A stretch of DNA of 32,000 bases from Phycisphaera mikurensis NBRC 102666 (GTDB lineage Bacteria > Planctomycetota > Phycisphaerae > Phycisphaerales > Phycisphaeraceae), in the NCBI RefSeq assembly GCF_000284115.1, contig NC_017080.1, forward strand, positions 1,860,001 through 1,892,000. The letters run 5' to 3'. Of this stretch, positions 8,986 to 17,346 are shown in pieces. Within the stretch, counting starts at the first letter, position 1, and every line of letters starts with the position of its first letter. The translations under genes and the position numbers were made by a program. The notes under the pieces are model-generated. The model saw only the letters and a program-made list of their open reading frames with translations, was not told the DNA's origin and searched no databases.

Positions 8986-10272
8986 ATGGGCGAGGATCGC
9001 ACCAGCGCGTCGCCGGCGGCCGTCGGTCCGGCGGGCCGCTTCCTCGTCGATGCGGCGGGGCGGCGGGTGTTCCTCCTCGCCGACACGGCCTGGGAGCTCT
9101 TCCACCGCTGGACGCGGGAGCAGACCGCCCGCTATCTCGCCGCCCGCAGCCGTCAGGGCTTCAACGCGGTGATGGCGGTGCTGCTGGCCGAGCTCGACGG
9201 CCTCGCGACGCCGACGCCGGAGGGCCTGCGGCCGCTGATCGGCAACGACCCGGCGCGGCCCGCCGCGGCGTACTTCGACGAGGCGGAGGCGCGGGTCGCG
9301 GAGATGAATCGGCTGGGCCTGACCGCGGTGCTGCTGCCGGCTTGGGGCGACAAGGTGACGCTGGGCTGGGGTGTGGGGCCGGTGGTCTTCGACGCGGGCA
9401 ACGCGGCGGCGTACGGCGACTTCCTCGCCCGCCGCTTCGCCGGCCGCGGGGTGATCTGGATGCTCGGCGGCGACCGCCACGCCGATGCTCCCGCGGACCG
9501 TCGGGTCTGGGAAGCGATGGCGGCCGCGATCCGCGGCGCCGGCGACCGTCGCTTGATCACGTGGCACCCGCCGGGCGGACGGTCGAGCTCGGCGTGGTTC
9601 CCCGACGCCGCGTGGCTGGATTTCCACTCGCTGCAGACGGGGCACACCGGGCGGCAGGCACCGATCGAGGCGGCGGTGGCGGCCGATCGTGCGCTGCGAC
9701 CGGCGAAGCCCGTCTGGAACGCGGAGCCCTGCTACGAGGCGCACCCGGTCATGCGGATGCACCGCGGCGGCTGGAAGCCGGCCGGCGGCTTCTTCGACGA
9801 GCACGACGTGCGGGACGCGGCCTGGCGCTCCGCCTTCTCGGGCGCCTGCGGGCACGCCTACGGCTGCCACAGCGTGTGGCAGGCGTACGAGCCGGAGGGC
9901 CCGCGGGCGACCGAACCGGTGAACTTCCCCGGCGACGCGTGGCACCGGCAGCTGGCGCTGCCCGGAGCGGAGCAGATGCGCCACCTCGCGGCGTTCATGG
10001 CAGAGCATGAAGACTGGGAGCCGCTGGATCCCGGGCACGCGGGGGATCTTCCGGCCCTGCGGTCGGCCTCCGGCAAGGAGGTGGCGGTCTACGCGATGAA
10101 GGCCCTGCCGATCGCCTACCGCCGGCGGCAGCTGGAGGGCCTGGCGGCACGCGTGGGCGTGTCGCCGCGGCGGTGGCTGGACCCGCGGACCGGCCGCGAA
10201 ACGCCCGCTGAACCCGGGCGGTCCGCGGACGGGCCGGATCCGTCGCGGGACGCCGTGCTGCGGCTGGCTTGA
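8986..10272 (+). CDS. DUF4038 / glycoside hydrolase family 140-like protein
   Basis: 428 aa. Motifs as I recall for DUF4038 (GH140 apiosidase-like TIM barrel): FLLADTAWELFHR, SRQGFNAVMAVLLAE, LLPAWGDKV, VIWMLGGDR, NAEPCYE. Confidence 0.75.
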   Translation: MGEDRTSASPAAVGPAGRFLVDAAGRRVFLLADTAWELFHRWTREQTARYLAARSRQGFNAVMAVLLAELDGLATPTPEGLRPLIGNDPARPAAAYFDEAEARVAEMNRLGLTAVLLPAWGDKVTLGWGVGPVVFDAGNAAAYGDFLARRFAGRGVIWMLGGDRHADAPADRRVWEAMAAAIRGAGDRRLITWHPPGGRSSSAWFPDAAWLDFHSLQTGHTGRQAPIEAAVAADRALRPAKPVWNAEPCYEAHPVMRMHRGGWKPAGGFFDEHDVRDAAWRSAFSGACGHAYGCHSVWQAYEPEGPRATEPVNFPGDAWHRQLALPGAEQMRHLAAFMAEHEDWEPLDPGHAGDLPALRSASGKEVAVYAMKALPIAYRRRQLEGLAARVGVSPRRWLDPRTGRETPAEPGRSADGPDPSRDAVLRLA

Positions 10273-10273
10273 G

Positions 10274-10288
10274 GCGGGGCCACCCCGC
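10274..10288. terminator. short GC hairpin between convergent genes (possible bidirectional terminator)
   Basis: GCGGGG-CCA-CCCCGC, 2 nt after the GH140-like stop and 9 nt before the DUF1559 stop. No U-tract. Confidence 0.3.
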
Positions 10289-10296
10289 GGCCCGCT

Positions 10297-11196
10297 TCAG
10301 TTCCACCAGCGCCAGGGCGAGCCGCCGTTGTCGGGGCCGTTGCCGCCGTTGTCGACCAGCTCCGCGGGCCGCATCGCCTGCACGTGGCCGTCCATGAAGG
10401 CCATGTTCGCGGTGCTGCCGGCCATCTGCCGCGGCGGCGAGGCCATGGTCGATCCGGGGACGTCGCCGGTCTCGCTGCCGCCGTGCCGGAAGCCGGGCAG
10501 CGACATCCAGTTGCCGCCCCAGTTGATGCCCGTGGCGACGCCGCCGGTCGCCCAGCCCACCGAGCCGTCGTGCGTGCCCATGTAGTTGGAGGGGTTGTTG
10601 AGCTGGTCGCCGTCGGTCTCCCCGTGCATGATGATCTCCGAGGGGGCGGGCACGGTGTCGATGCCGCGGTCGTCCCAGGGGTCGGCGCCGTTGCCGGGGT
10701 CGCTGTCGCCCGCCATGAAGGCGTTCGGAGCGGACGTGAAGGAGGCGTCGGCGATGAACTCCGACGACGGGCAGTTGAAGACGATCGCGGGGTTGGACCT
10801 CCACTGCAGGCGCGTCGCGGTGGTGCCGTCGTCCTCGAGGACGGGGATGTACGGGGCGAGATTCTCCTGCCAGAACAGCGACTGGCCGCCGGTGCCCAGC
10901 ACGAAGTTGCCGTGGTCCCAGTTGGCGGCGAGCAGCTGCTTGTGCTCGGCGGCGTAGGCGTAGTTGCCGATGGCCAGCTGCCGCATGTTCGAGCTGCACT
11001 GCATGCCGCGGGCGGCCTCTCGCGCGGCCCGGAGCGCGGGCAAGAGGATGCCGATCAAGAGCGCGATGATCGAGATCACCACGAGCAGCTCGATGAGGGT
11101 GAAGGCGGATCGACGGGTGGCGCTTCGGCGAGGGGAAGGCACGGGGTGCTCCTGGACGGGGGTGCGGGCGGAGGAAGGGGAGAGGGGAAACGCCAC
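10297..11196 (-). CDS. prepilin-type N-terminal cleavage/methylation domain protein, DUF1559 / H-X9-DG-like
   Basis: 299 aa. N-terminal pilin-like signal [26 protein letters not shown] followed by [17 protein letters not shown]-terminal NMAFMDGHV motif. Confidence 0.9.
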   Translation of the reverse strand: MAFPLSPSSARTPVQEHPVPSPRRSATRRSAFTLIELLVVISIIALLIGILLPALRAAREAARGMQCSSNMRQLAIGNYAYAAEHKQLLAANWDHGNFVLGTGGQSLFWQENLAPYIPVLEDDGTTATRLQWRSNPAIVFNCPSSEFIADASFTSAPNAFMAGDSDPGNGADPWDDRGIDTVPAPSEIIMHGETDGDQLNNPSNYMGTHDGSVGWATGGVATGINWGGNWMSLPGFRHGGSETGDVPGSTMASPPRQMAGSTANMAFMDGHVQAMRPAELVDNGGNGPDNGGSPWRWWN

Positions 11197-11241
11197 GCGG
11201 CGGCGGTGGGCCGGCGCGGGCGGGCGCGGAACCGCCGGGCC

Positions 11242-11883
11242 TCAGCCGCGTCGCCGCAAGCCCAGCGTCGCGAGGCCCAAGCCCAGCAACGCGGCGGAGG
11301 CCGGCTCGGGCACGGCGGTGGTCAGCCGGGTCTCCAGCAGCTGCGCCGACCAGACGTTCTGGTCGGGGTTGCCGGCGGCCTCGCCGCGGGCCCGCAGCGT
11401 GATCCGCACCGCCTGGGCGGCGAGGCCGCTGGCGATGGCGGTGTTGGCCGCGAAGCCGCCGGCGGTCGGCCGGTCGTCGCCGGTGAACGTCAGCGTGGCC
11501 GGCGTGAAGGTGCTGCCGTCGGCGGAGACCTCCAGCGCGTAGATGTCGGCGAGGGTCTGGCCGTCGAAGTTCGCCCGGCCGTCCCAGGTGCTGGTGTCCA
11601 GCTGCACCTCGGTGAACAGCTCGCCGGCGGGGACACCCAGGCTCGGGTTGGAGACGTCGTAGGTGATCGTGCCCACGGCCTTGTCGTCCTCGAAGGTCGA
11701 GCCGTCGCCGTCGTAGGCGTTGGCGTCGAAGGCGACCTCGAACTTGCCGGCGTAGACCGCCACGTTGTTGGCGCTGCTGAAGTAGAAGCCGCCGGAATCG
11801 CCGCTGTCGGTGATCGTGATGGCGAGAGCGGGGGCGCCGGTGGTGGCGACGGCGGCGGCGAGGGCGGTGGCGAGACGACGCAT
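11242..11883 (-). CDS. PEP-CTERM sorting-domain secreted protein (beta-rich, lectin-like body)
   Basis: 213 aa. Signal peptide MRRLATALAAAVATTGAPALA. C-terminal VPEPASAALLGLGLATLGLRRRG (PEP motif + TM + Arg cluster). SD-like CAGGAG lies 8-9 nt upstream of the ATG. Confidence 0.9.
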   Translation of the reverse strand: MRRLATALAAAVATTGAPALAITITDSGDSGGFYFSSANNVAVYAGKFEVAFDANAYDGDGSTFEDDKAVGTITYDVSNPSLGVPAGELFTEVQLDTSTWDGRANFDGQTLADIYALEVSADGSTFTPATLTFTGDDRPTAGGFAANTAIASGLAAQAVRITLRARGEAAGNPDQNVWSAQLLETRLTTAVPEPASAALLGLGLATLGLRRRG

Positions 11884-12163
11884 GATTCAGACTCCTGAGG
11901 GGGGCTGGCTCGCCGGCTTCGCAGCCAGCGGCCCGGGGATGGGGGTTGCCGCCGGTGCGGCGGGGCGGCGGCTGAGCAGCCACCGTGGGAGACCGGAGAA
12001 CGATGCCGCGCCGGCGGTGCCGAGACAAGGGATCTATTGTCGCATCGTGGGATGTTCTGATGACAAGCCGAGCCCGTTGCCCATCCAGGATCCGCGGTCG
12101 CCGGGACCCCAGCCCCCCGACACCGGGACGCGGCTGATCCGCTGCGGCGATTGGCGCGAGCCG

Positions 12164-12997
12164 ATGTGCCGGATCCATGGGTGCGGGTACACCCGGCACC
12201 TGGAACCGGAGGTCGGCACCCACCTGGACTGGGGCGTCTCCGAGCGGTTCGGGCAGCTGCGGCTGGTGCTCCGCGGCGGCGTCCGGCTCCGCATCGATGA
12301 CCGGGCCGTGGAGATCGGGCCCGGCGGCGGGCTGTCCCTGCTGCTCCCGGCCCGCGGGATCCGCAGCGAGGTCGCGCGGCTGCCGACCGACATCCTGTGG
12401 ATCCAGTTCAGCGGAGCCGCAGCGCTCGGGCTGCTCCAACGGATGCAGCGGGAGGTGGGGGTGCTGCAGCAGCTGCCCCGCCGCGGGCGGGCCGAGCGGA
12501 CGCTGCGGAAGATCATCCGCGAGGCGGTCGCGGATCCGGTCCGCGACCCCTTCCACTGGAGCGAACGCGGGCAGGTGCTGCTGCACGCCTGGTGGCAGGA
12601 GTGCCTCGCGGCCGAGCGCGCCGGGCGCGATCCGCTCTCCGGCGGCGGCAGCCGGCCGCTGCCGGCGCGGCTCCAGCGCCGCAGCGTGGCGCCGCCCGAG
12701 GCGTCCCCGCTGCTCCGGGAGGCGCCGCGGACGGTGGGGGAGTTCGCCGAGCGGCTCGGCTATTCCCGCTCGCACCTCACGCGGATCCTCCGAGAGAGCT
12801 GGAAGGAGACACCCGCGGCGGTGCTCCGCCGCGATCGCATGGAGCGGGCCCGGGAGCTGCTGCGGCGGGGCGGGTCCGTCGCTCAGGCCGCCGCGGACGC
12901 CGGCTACGCCAGCCACCAGACCTTCAGCCGCGCGTACCGCCGGCACTTCGGGCGGCTGCCCTCGGCGGAGGGGGAGGCGGAACCGGGCGAGGGCTGA
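12164..12997 (+). CDS. AraC/XylS-family transcriptional regulator
   Basis: C-terminal double HTH: TVGEFAERLGYSRSHLTRILRE...RMERARELLRRGGSVAQAAADAGYASHQTFSRAYRRHFGRLPS. N-terminal cupin-like sensor part. ATG 12164 chosen. GTG 12047 is an alternative. The track ORF start 11810 overlaps the divergent gene and is rejected. Confidence 0.85.
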   Translation: MCRIHGCGYTRHLEPEVGTHLDWGVSERFGQLRLVLRGGVRLRIDDRAVEIGPGGGLSLLLPARGIRSEVARLPTDILWIQFSGAAALGLLQRMQREVGVLQQLPRRGRAERTLRKIIREAVADPVRDPFHWSERGQVLLHAWWQECLAAERAGRDPLSGGGSRPLPARLQRRSVAPPEASPLLREAPRTVGEFAERLGYSRSHLTRILRESWKETPAAVLRRDRMERARELLRRGGSVAQAAADAGYASHQTFSRAYRRHFGRLPSAEGEAEPGEG

Positions 12998-13102
12998 GCC
13001 GCGGTTTCTTGGGCGTCACGCGGCGGCTGCGGCGGGTCGGCGGCGGCGTTGGTCCGGCGCGGGGTGGTCGGAGACGGGAACGCGTGGATTTCTCGAATCC
13101 GG

Positions 13103-13115
13103 TGGCAGGTCGCCG
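13103..13115. repeat. half-copy of the GGCAGGTCGSCGACCTGCC element
   Basis: TGGCAGGTCGCCG matches the first 13 nt of the arm at 26392-26404. It lies in the convergent AraC/xth gap. Confidence 0.4.
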
Positions 13116-13122
13116 GCCCGCG

Positions 13123-13944
13123 CTACCGGTGGCGGAGCGGGGGCGGTGGGGCTTGGCGGAGGTCGACGCTGACCGGAGCGTGGTCGGAGCAGCGGAGGCC
13201 GGCGGCGCGGTCGGTGGAGGCGTCGGCGGACCGGGCGGCGGCGGGGCGGTTGGTCAGCAGGTAGTCGATCCGCCAGCCGCGGTCGAGGGTGCGGGCCCGG
13301 CCGCGGTTGCTCCACCAGCTGTAGGGGCCCCGCACGTCGCCGGCGTGGTGGCGTTGCTCGTCGCGCCAGCCCGAGGCCAGCAGCTCGCCCCCGAACCAGC
13401 TCCGCTCGTGCGGGAGGAAGCCGCTGGACTTCCGGTTGGCGACCGGGTTGTGGATGTCGTTCTCGCCGTGGGCGATGTTCAGGTCGCCGCCGAGGACGAC
13501 CGGCGTGCGCCGGCGGGCGAGGCGGGCGGCGAAGGGGGCGAAGGCGTCCAGCCAGGCGTCCTTCCTCGCCTGGGCAGCCTCCGACGAGGAGCCGGAGGGC
13601 AGGTAAACGCTGACATGCTCGACGCCGCCGAAGCGGACGCCGAGCACCCGGCCCTCGGGGCAGGCGGCGCTTCTCTGCCGCGGACCGCAGAGCCCGCGGA
13701 GCGAAACGGCCGACGGTCCGCGGGTGAAGACGGCGACGCCGGCGTAGCCGGGCTTCTCGGCGGGGTGGAAGTGCTTGGTCCAGCCGTGGCTGCCGTCCTC
13801 CCCCCAGCCGCCGGGCAGCTGCTCGGGGAAGGCGCGGACCTCCTGGAGGAGCAGGACGTCGGGCCCGAGGCGTGCGAGCTCCTCGGCGAAGCCCTTCTTC
13901 AGCGCAGCGCGGAGGCCGTTGACGTTCCAGGTGGTGACACGCAT
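13123..13944 (-). CDS. xth: exodeoxyribonuclease III (AP endonuclease family 1)
   Basis: Start taken at ATG 13944 (MRVTTWNVNGLRA). Motifs: LLLQEV, GGDLNIAH, WWSNRGRAR, GWRIDYLL, CSDHAPVSV. The upstream part of track ORF 13123..14067 is Arg-rich and not coding-like. Confidence 0.9.
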   Translation of the reverse strand: MRVTTWNVNGLRAALKKGFAEELARLGPDVLLLQEVRAFPEQLPGGWGEDGSHGWTKHFHPAEKPGYAGVAVFTRGPSAVSLRGLCGPRQRSAACPEGRVLGVRFGGVEHVSVYLPSGSSSEAAQARKDAWLDAFAPFAARLARRRTPVVLGGDLNIAHGENDIHNPVANRKSSGFLPHERSWFGGELLASGWRDEQRHHAGDVRGPYSWWSNRGRARTLDRGWRIDYLLTNRPAAARSADASTDRAAGLRCSDHAPVSVDLRQAPPPPLRHR

Positions 13945-14107
13945 GGGGCGCATCATGCAGCGGCGGGGCCGGCAGCGGGAGAGCCGGCGAGGGAGACGCA
14001 AAGAGAGGCAGCCGGTCCGCCGTCTCCTCCGGCGGGGCTGGCGCCAAAGCCCGCTCCCTTGTCCCACTCGCTCCGGCCGACCCCCGCTCGGTCCCGCTCG
14101 CTCCCGC

Positions 14108-14902
14108 TCAAGCGGGCTTGGCCGCCGGAGCCATCGGCCGCTTCGGCTCGGAGTGCTGCAACACCAGGCCGATCACCGCCGGCACGAAGACGAGCAGGGG
14201 CATCACCAGCGGGCTCTCCGTGACGGCGGTGATCACAGCCTGCTGCCACGGGTCGATCGACAGCAGCAGGGCGAGGCTGCCGATCACCGCGAGCGTCGAG
14301 CCCGAGACCGAGGTGTAGAGCACGACCGAGAGCTTGAAGAGGATGAAGGCGAGCATGCCGCAGAAGAGCAGCCCGGCGAGGGCGCCCGCCGGGTAGGCGT
14401 CGACCGGGAGCGTCTCGGGCCCGAGGCCGCGGTTGACGGTCGCCGCCATCGCCTCCCAGGTGTTGGCGCCGATGAAGGCGCCGGCGAGCCCGCCCAGCGC
14501 GGCGACCACGAACTTGAGCATCGGGAAGGCGAGCGCGAAGCACAGCGCCCCGAGGCAGCCGGCCACCACGAAGGGGGCGCCGATCTGCTCGCCGAGGATG
14601 TAGCCGGCGAACAGGCCCAGGAACAGCGCGAGCCCGATGGTCGTGACGCGGTACCACTTGTAGCCGTTGAACAGGCAGAGCAGGCCGACGATCACAAAGA
14701 CGATGCCCCAGACGACGCCGAGCTTCTGGATCCCCGCGACGAGGTGGTCGGGATCGGTCAGCACGTTGCCGCGGTCGAAGATCGCGCTCACGGCGTCGAA
14801 GAGCGACCGCAGGTGGTCGGCGATGCCGCCGTCGTGGAGGGTGGGGGCGGCCGGAGCCGGGGGGGTGGCGACGGGCGGCGTCGCGGCGGGGAGGTCGGGC
14901 AT
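14108..14902 (-). CDS. polytopic membrane protein, DUF4203 (TM7S3/TMEM198-like) candidate
   Basis: 264 aa with about 6-7 hydrophobic segments after a Pro/Ala-rich N-terminus. AAGGAG lies 6 nt upstream of the ATG. The family call rests on the pattern GLLCLFNGYKWYRVTTIGLALFLGLFAGY and is tentative. Confidence 0.75.
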   Translation of the reverse strand: MPDLPAATPPVATPPAPAAPTLHDGGIADHLRSLFDAVSAIFDRGNVLTDPDHLVAGIQKLGVVWGIVFVIVGLLCLFNGYKWYRVTTIGLALFLGLFAGYILGEQIGAPFVVAGCLGALCFALAFPMLKFVVAALGGLAGAFIGANTWEAMAATVNRGLGPETLPVDAYPAGALAGLLFCGMLAFILFKLSVVLYTSVSGSTLAVIGSLALLLSIDPWQQAVITAVTESPLVMPLLVFVPAVIGLVLQHSEPKRPMAPAAKPA

Positions 14903-14956
14903 GGGGAGCTCCTTGAGCGGCGGGCGGGGCCGGCCCCAAGGCGGCGGCCTGCGGCC

Positions 14957-15931
14957 CTAGGCATCGGCCCGCCGACGCGCCAGCGTCCACTGAAGAAGCA
15001 GCCCCACGAGCGTGACGAGGCCGACGACCAGCAGCAGGGCCCGCGGATCCGGGGCCGACGCGGCGGCATCGACGCCGCCCGCGGGGTCGGCCGCGCCCGG
15101 CCCGCCGCCGCGGAAGAGGCCCGCGTGCCGCTGGAGCAGCAGCAGCGTCCCCGCGGTCAGCAGGCACGCGCCCACCAGGGCGGTCTGGAAAGCGGCGGTG
15201 AGGTTCGGCATCGCCAGGCCCAGCAGCAGGCCCAGGACGAAGCCGATCGCGGCGCCGGTGAGCGCCACCCGCCGGCTGCCCGCCGGGAGGTCGTCCCAAG
15301 CCTGCCGCGCGGCGGCGATCTGCGCCTTCCACGCGGCCGTGGCGGTCTCGAAGAAGTCGCCGAGGGCGGCCGTGGCCTCCACGCCCAGCGCCGCCAGCCG
15401 CTCGCCCGCGGCGTCGACGGCCGCTCCGCCGAGCCGCTCCTCGGCGGAGCGGCCGGCCGCTGGTTCGTCGCCGGCTTCGCCCTCGAAGACGCCGAAGAGC
15501 GACGAGGGCGCGGGGGCGGCGGCGTCGCCGCCGGGCTCCCCGGCCGTTGCGGCCGTTGCGGCCGTTGCGGCCGCGTCGGGGCCTTCCGCCGGTCCGCCCC
15601 AGAGCAGCAGCGCCGCGGGCACCACCGCGGCGAGGATCAGTCCCGCCAGCAGCCCCACCCACAGGCGGAAGAGCAGGAACGCGAGCAGCGTGCCGGCGAG
15701 GGCGCCGGCGATGCCGATGGCCACGACCCCGTTGGCGGTCACGCCCAGCTCGGCCGCCGCGGTCGTGGCGAGGAGCCCGCCGAGGAGGAAGCCGCTGAGC
15801 GCGACGCCCGCCCGCGCCAGCCGGCCGCCGGCGATCCACAGCACGAAGCCGCACGCCGTGAGAACACCGAGCGCGACCGTCCAGGCGGCGGGCGCGTCGT
15901 CGAAGAAGGGCTGGAGGTCGGCGGTGGGCAC
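14957..15931 (-). CDS. polytopic membrane protein, probable paralogue of the downstream DUF4203-like gene
   Basis: GTG 15931 start (VPTADLQPFFDD). N-terminal TM bundle with the analogous pattern ACGFVLWIAGGRLARAGVALSGFLLGGLLA. Ala/Thr/Gly linker, amphipathic region, C-terminal TMs. High GC3. The upstream part of track ORF 14957..16720 is rejected. Confidence 0.65.
   Translation of the reverse strand: MPTADLQPFFDDAPAAWTVALGVLTACGFVLWIAGGRLARAGVALSGFLLGGLLATTAAAELGVTANGVVAIGIAGALAGTLLAFLLFRLWVGLLAGLILAAVVPAALLLWGGPAEGPDAAATAATAATAGEPGGDAAAPAPSSLFGVFEGEAGDEPAAGRSAEERLGGAAVDAAGERLAALGVEATAALGDFFETATAAWKAQIAAARQAWDDLPAGSRRVALTGAAIGFVLGLLLGLAMPNLTAAFQTALVGACLLTAGTLLLLQRHAGLFRGGGPGAADPAGGVDAAASAPDPRALLLVVGLVTLVGLLLQWTLARRRADA
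15542..15577. repeat. in-frame 9-bp tandem repeat (GGCCGTTGC x3 + one degenerate unit)
   Basis: Read directly. Encodes AATAATAATA in the linker of the 14957..15931 membrane protein. Confidence 0.85.
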
Positions 15932-15963
15932 CGGGCCACCGTAAGCCCGCGGGGCCGCTGTTC

Positions 15964-16599
15964 CTAACCCGCGCGGCGGGCGCGGCTCGGCACCGCGTGG
16001 CGGCCGGCGAGGGCGTAGGGGCCGGCGATCTGGCCGATGGGGGCCGCCTCGCGTCCGGGCTTCGGCGACGCCTCGGGGCCGCGGCCCCAGCAGAGCCCGC
16101 AGGCGATGAAGATGCCGCCGGCGATCAGGACGCCGTGGCGTGCCGGGCCGAGCACGAGCCGTTCCAGGCGGCTGGCGATCGGGCGCGGGTCCTCGTCGAG
16201 GCGGCCGGCGTCCGGCAGCGGGACGTCGAGCCACGCCGCGACGTCGGCGGTGGCTTCCAGGGCGCCGCCGTCGGCCTCGAGCGGCTGGCGGCCGGCGGGC
16301 TGCAGGCGCAGCTGCGTGTGGGCCAGCCGCTCCATCAGCGCCGGCTCGCCCGCTTCGAGCTCCATCAGGAAGGCCTGGTACCGGTCGGACCGCTCGGCGA
16401 GGGCGGCCGCTTGCTCCTGCATGAGCGTGAGCTGGCGCCCGGCTTGTTGCAGCTCCAGCCACGGCGGCAGGATCGCCGCGGCGGCGATCAGCACCAGGCC
16501 GCCGCCGATCATCATCGCCGCGGGCGCGAGCCCCAGCACCCACGCCAGCACGCGGACGGCGACGAGGCCTTCGGGGGCTTTGGCGGGAGCGGCGGCCAC
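15964..16599 (-). CDS. bitopic membrane coiled-coil protein, FtsB/DivIC (septum formation initiator)-like
   Basis: GTG 16599 is the most upstream plausible start in frame. ATG 16515 is an alternative. The layout is a TM segment (VLAWVLGLAPAAMMIGGGLVLIAAAAIL), then a coiled coil (LELQQAGRQLTLMQEQAAALAERSDRYQAFLMELE), then EPALMERLAHTQLRLQPAG. That last stretch resembles the FtsB C-terminal motif. There is an extra C-terminal TM. The family call is tentative. Confidence 0.55.
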   Translation of the reverse strand: MAAAPAKAPEGLVAVRVLAWVLGLAPAAMMIGGGLVLIAAAAILPPWLELQQAGRQLTLMQEQAAALAERSDRYQAFLMELEAGEPALMERLAHTQLRLQPAGRQPLEADGGALEATADVAAWLDVPLPDAGRLDEDPRPIASRLERLVLGPARHGVLIAGGIFIACGLCWGRGPEASPKPGREAAPIGQIAGPYALAGRHAVPSRARRAG

Positions 16600-16698
16600 G
16601 ACCGACGGTATCGGGCGGCGGGGCGCGGGCTCCGCAGCGGGCGGGACGCGCCGGGGCGGCGCGGCCGCGGCGACGCCGCGCTCCTCTAAGCTCGCGCC

Positions 16699-17346
16699 AT
16701 GCTGACGCGAAGCCGACCAAGCGGTGTGGGGATCCTGGCTGTGGCCGTGGCCGCGGCGACGCTGCTGCCGGCGTGCAACTACCGGCAGCTGCAGCAGGAC
16801 CGCGAGGCCCTGATGCGCCAGAACCAGGAGCTGCAGGCGCAGAACTCCGCGGTGATGGACGAGAACGACCGCCTCGCCCGGCAGCCCGCGCCCGAGCCGG
16901 TGATGGCTCCGACGCCGGCGGCCCCGCCGCCGCCGATGGCCCTCGAACCCGCCGGCTTCGAGGCGATCCGCGGCATCGAGGTCGACGACAGCGGACCCGA
17001 CCAGGTCAAGCTGAGCCTCCCCGGCGACCTGCTCTTCCCGCCCGGCTCCGCCACGCTCACCGCCGACGCGCGGAAGACCGTCGGCCAGGTGGCGAGCGTG
17101 CTGAACACGAAGCACGCCGGCTCGACCGTTGGCCTCATCGGCCACACCGACAGCGACCCGATCAAGAAGAGCAAGTGGGCCAGCAACGAGGCGCTCTCGC
17201 TGGCCCGGGCCGAGGCTGTGGCCGATCAGCTCGCCGCCTCCGGCGTGTCCCGCGGCCGCCTCGAGACCCGCGGGGTCGGGGCCCAGCAGCCCCGCGGCGG
17301 CAAGAAATCCGCCGACCGACGCGTGGAAGTCGTCGTCTCGCGGTGA
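16699..17346 (+). CDS. OmpA/MotB-domain peptidoglycan-binding lipoprotein with N-terminal coiled coil
   Basis: 215 aa. Signal + Cys (AATLLPAC). Heptad-like region NYRQLQQDREALMRQNQELQAQNSAVMDENDRLA. Pro-rich linker. OmpA_C motifs LFPPGSATLT, IGHTDSDPI, SNEALSLARAEAV, DRRVEVVV. Confidence 0.9.
   Translation: MLTRSRPSGVGILAVAVAAATLLPACNYRQLQQDREALMRQNQELQAQNSAVMDENDRLARQPAPEPVMAPTPAAPPPPMALEPAGFEAIRGIEVDDSGPDQVKLSLPGDLLFPPGSATLTADARKTVGQVASVLNTKHAGSTVGLIGHTDSDPIKKSKWASNEALSLARAEAVADQLAASGVSRGRLETRGVGAQQPRGGKKSADRRVEVVVSR

Noticed and set aside
4732-9172. Long ORFs antisense to or out of frame with trpC, pilT and pilB (4732..7134 -, 5706..6950 +, 6932..9172 +, 7698..8894 -)
   Set aside because: They overlap genes with unmistakable TrpC, PilT and PilB motifs. 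Their products are low-complexity R/G/D/H-rich sequence with no motifs.
9995-16720. Very long ORFs 9995..12946 -, 10384..11898 +, 12397..14223 +, 13775..15967 +, 13953..15854 -, and the upstream part of 14957..16720 -
   Set aside because: These are stop-codon-poor alternative frames of high-GC coding DNA. Each is contradicted by a better-supported gene in another frame or strand: DUF1559, PEP-CTERM, AraC, xth and the membrane proteins.
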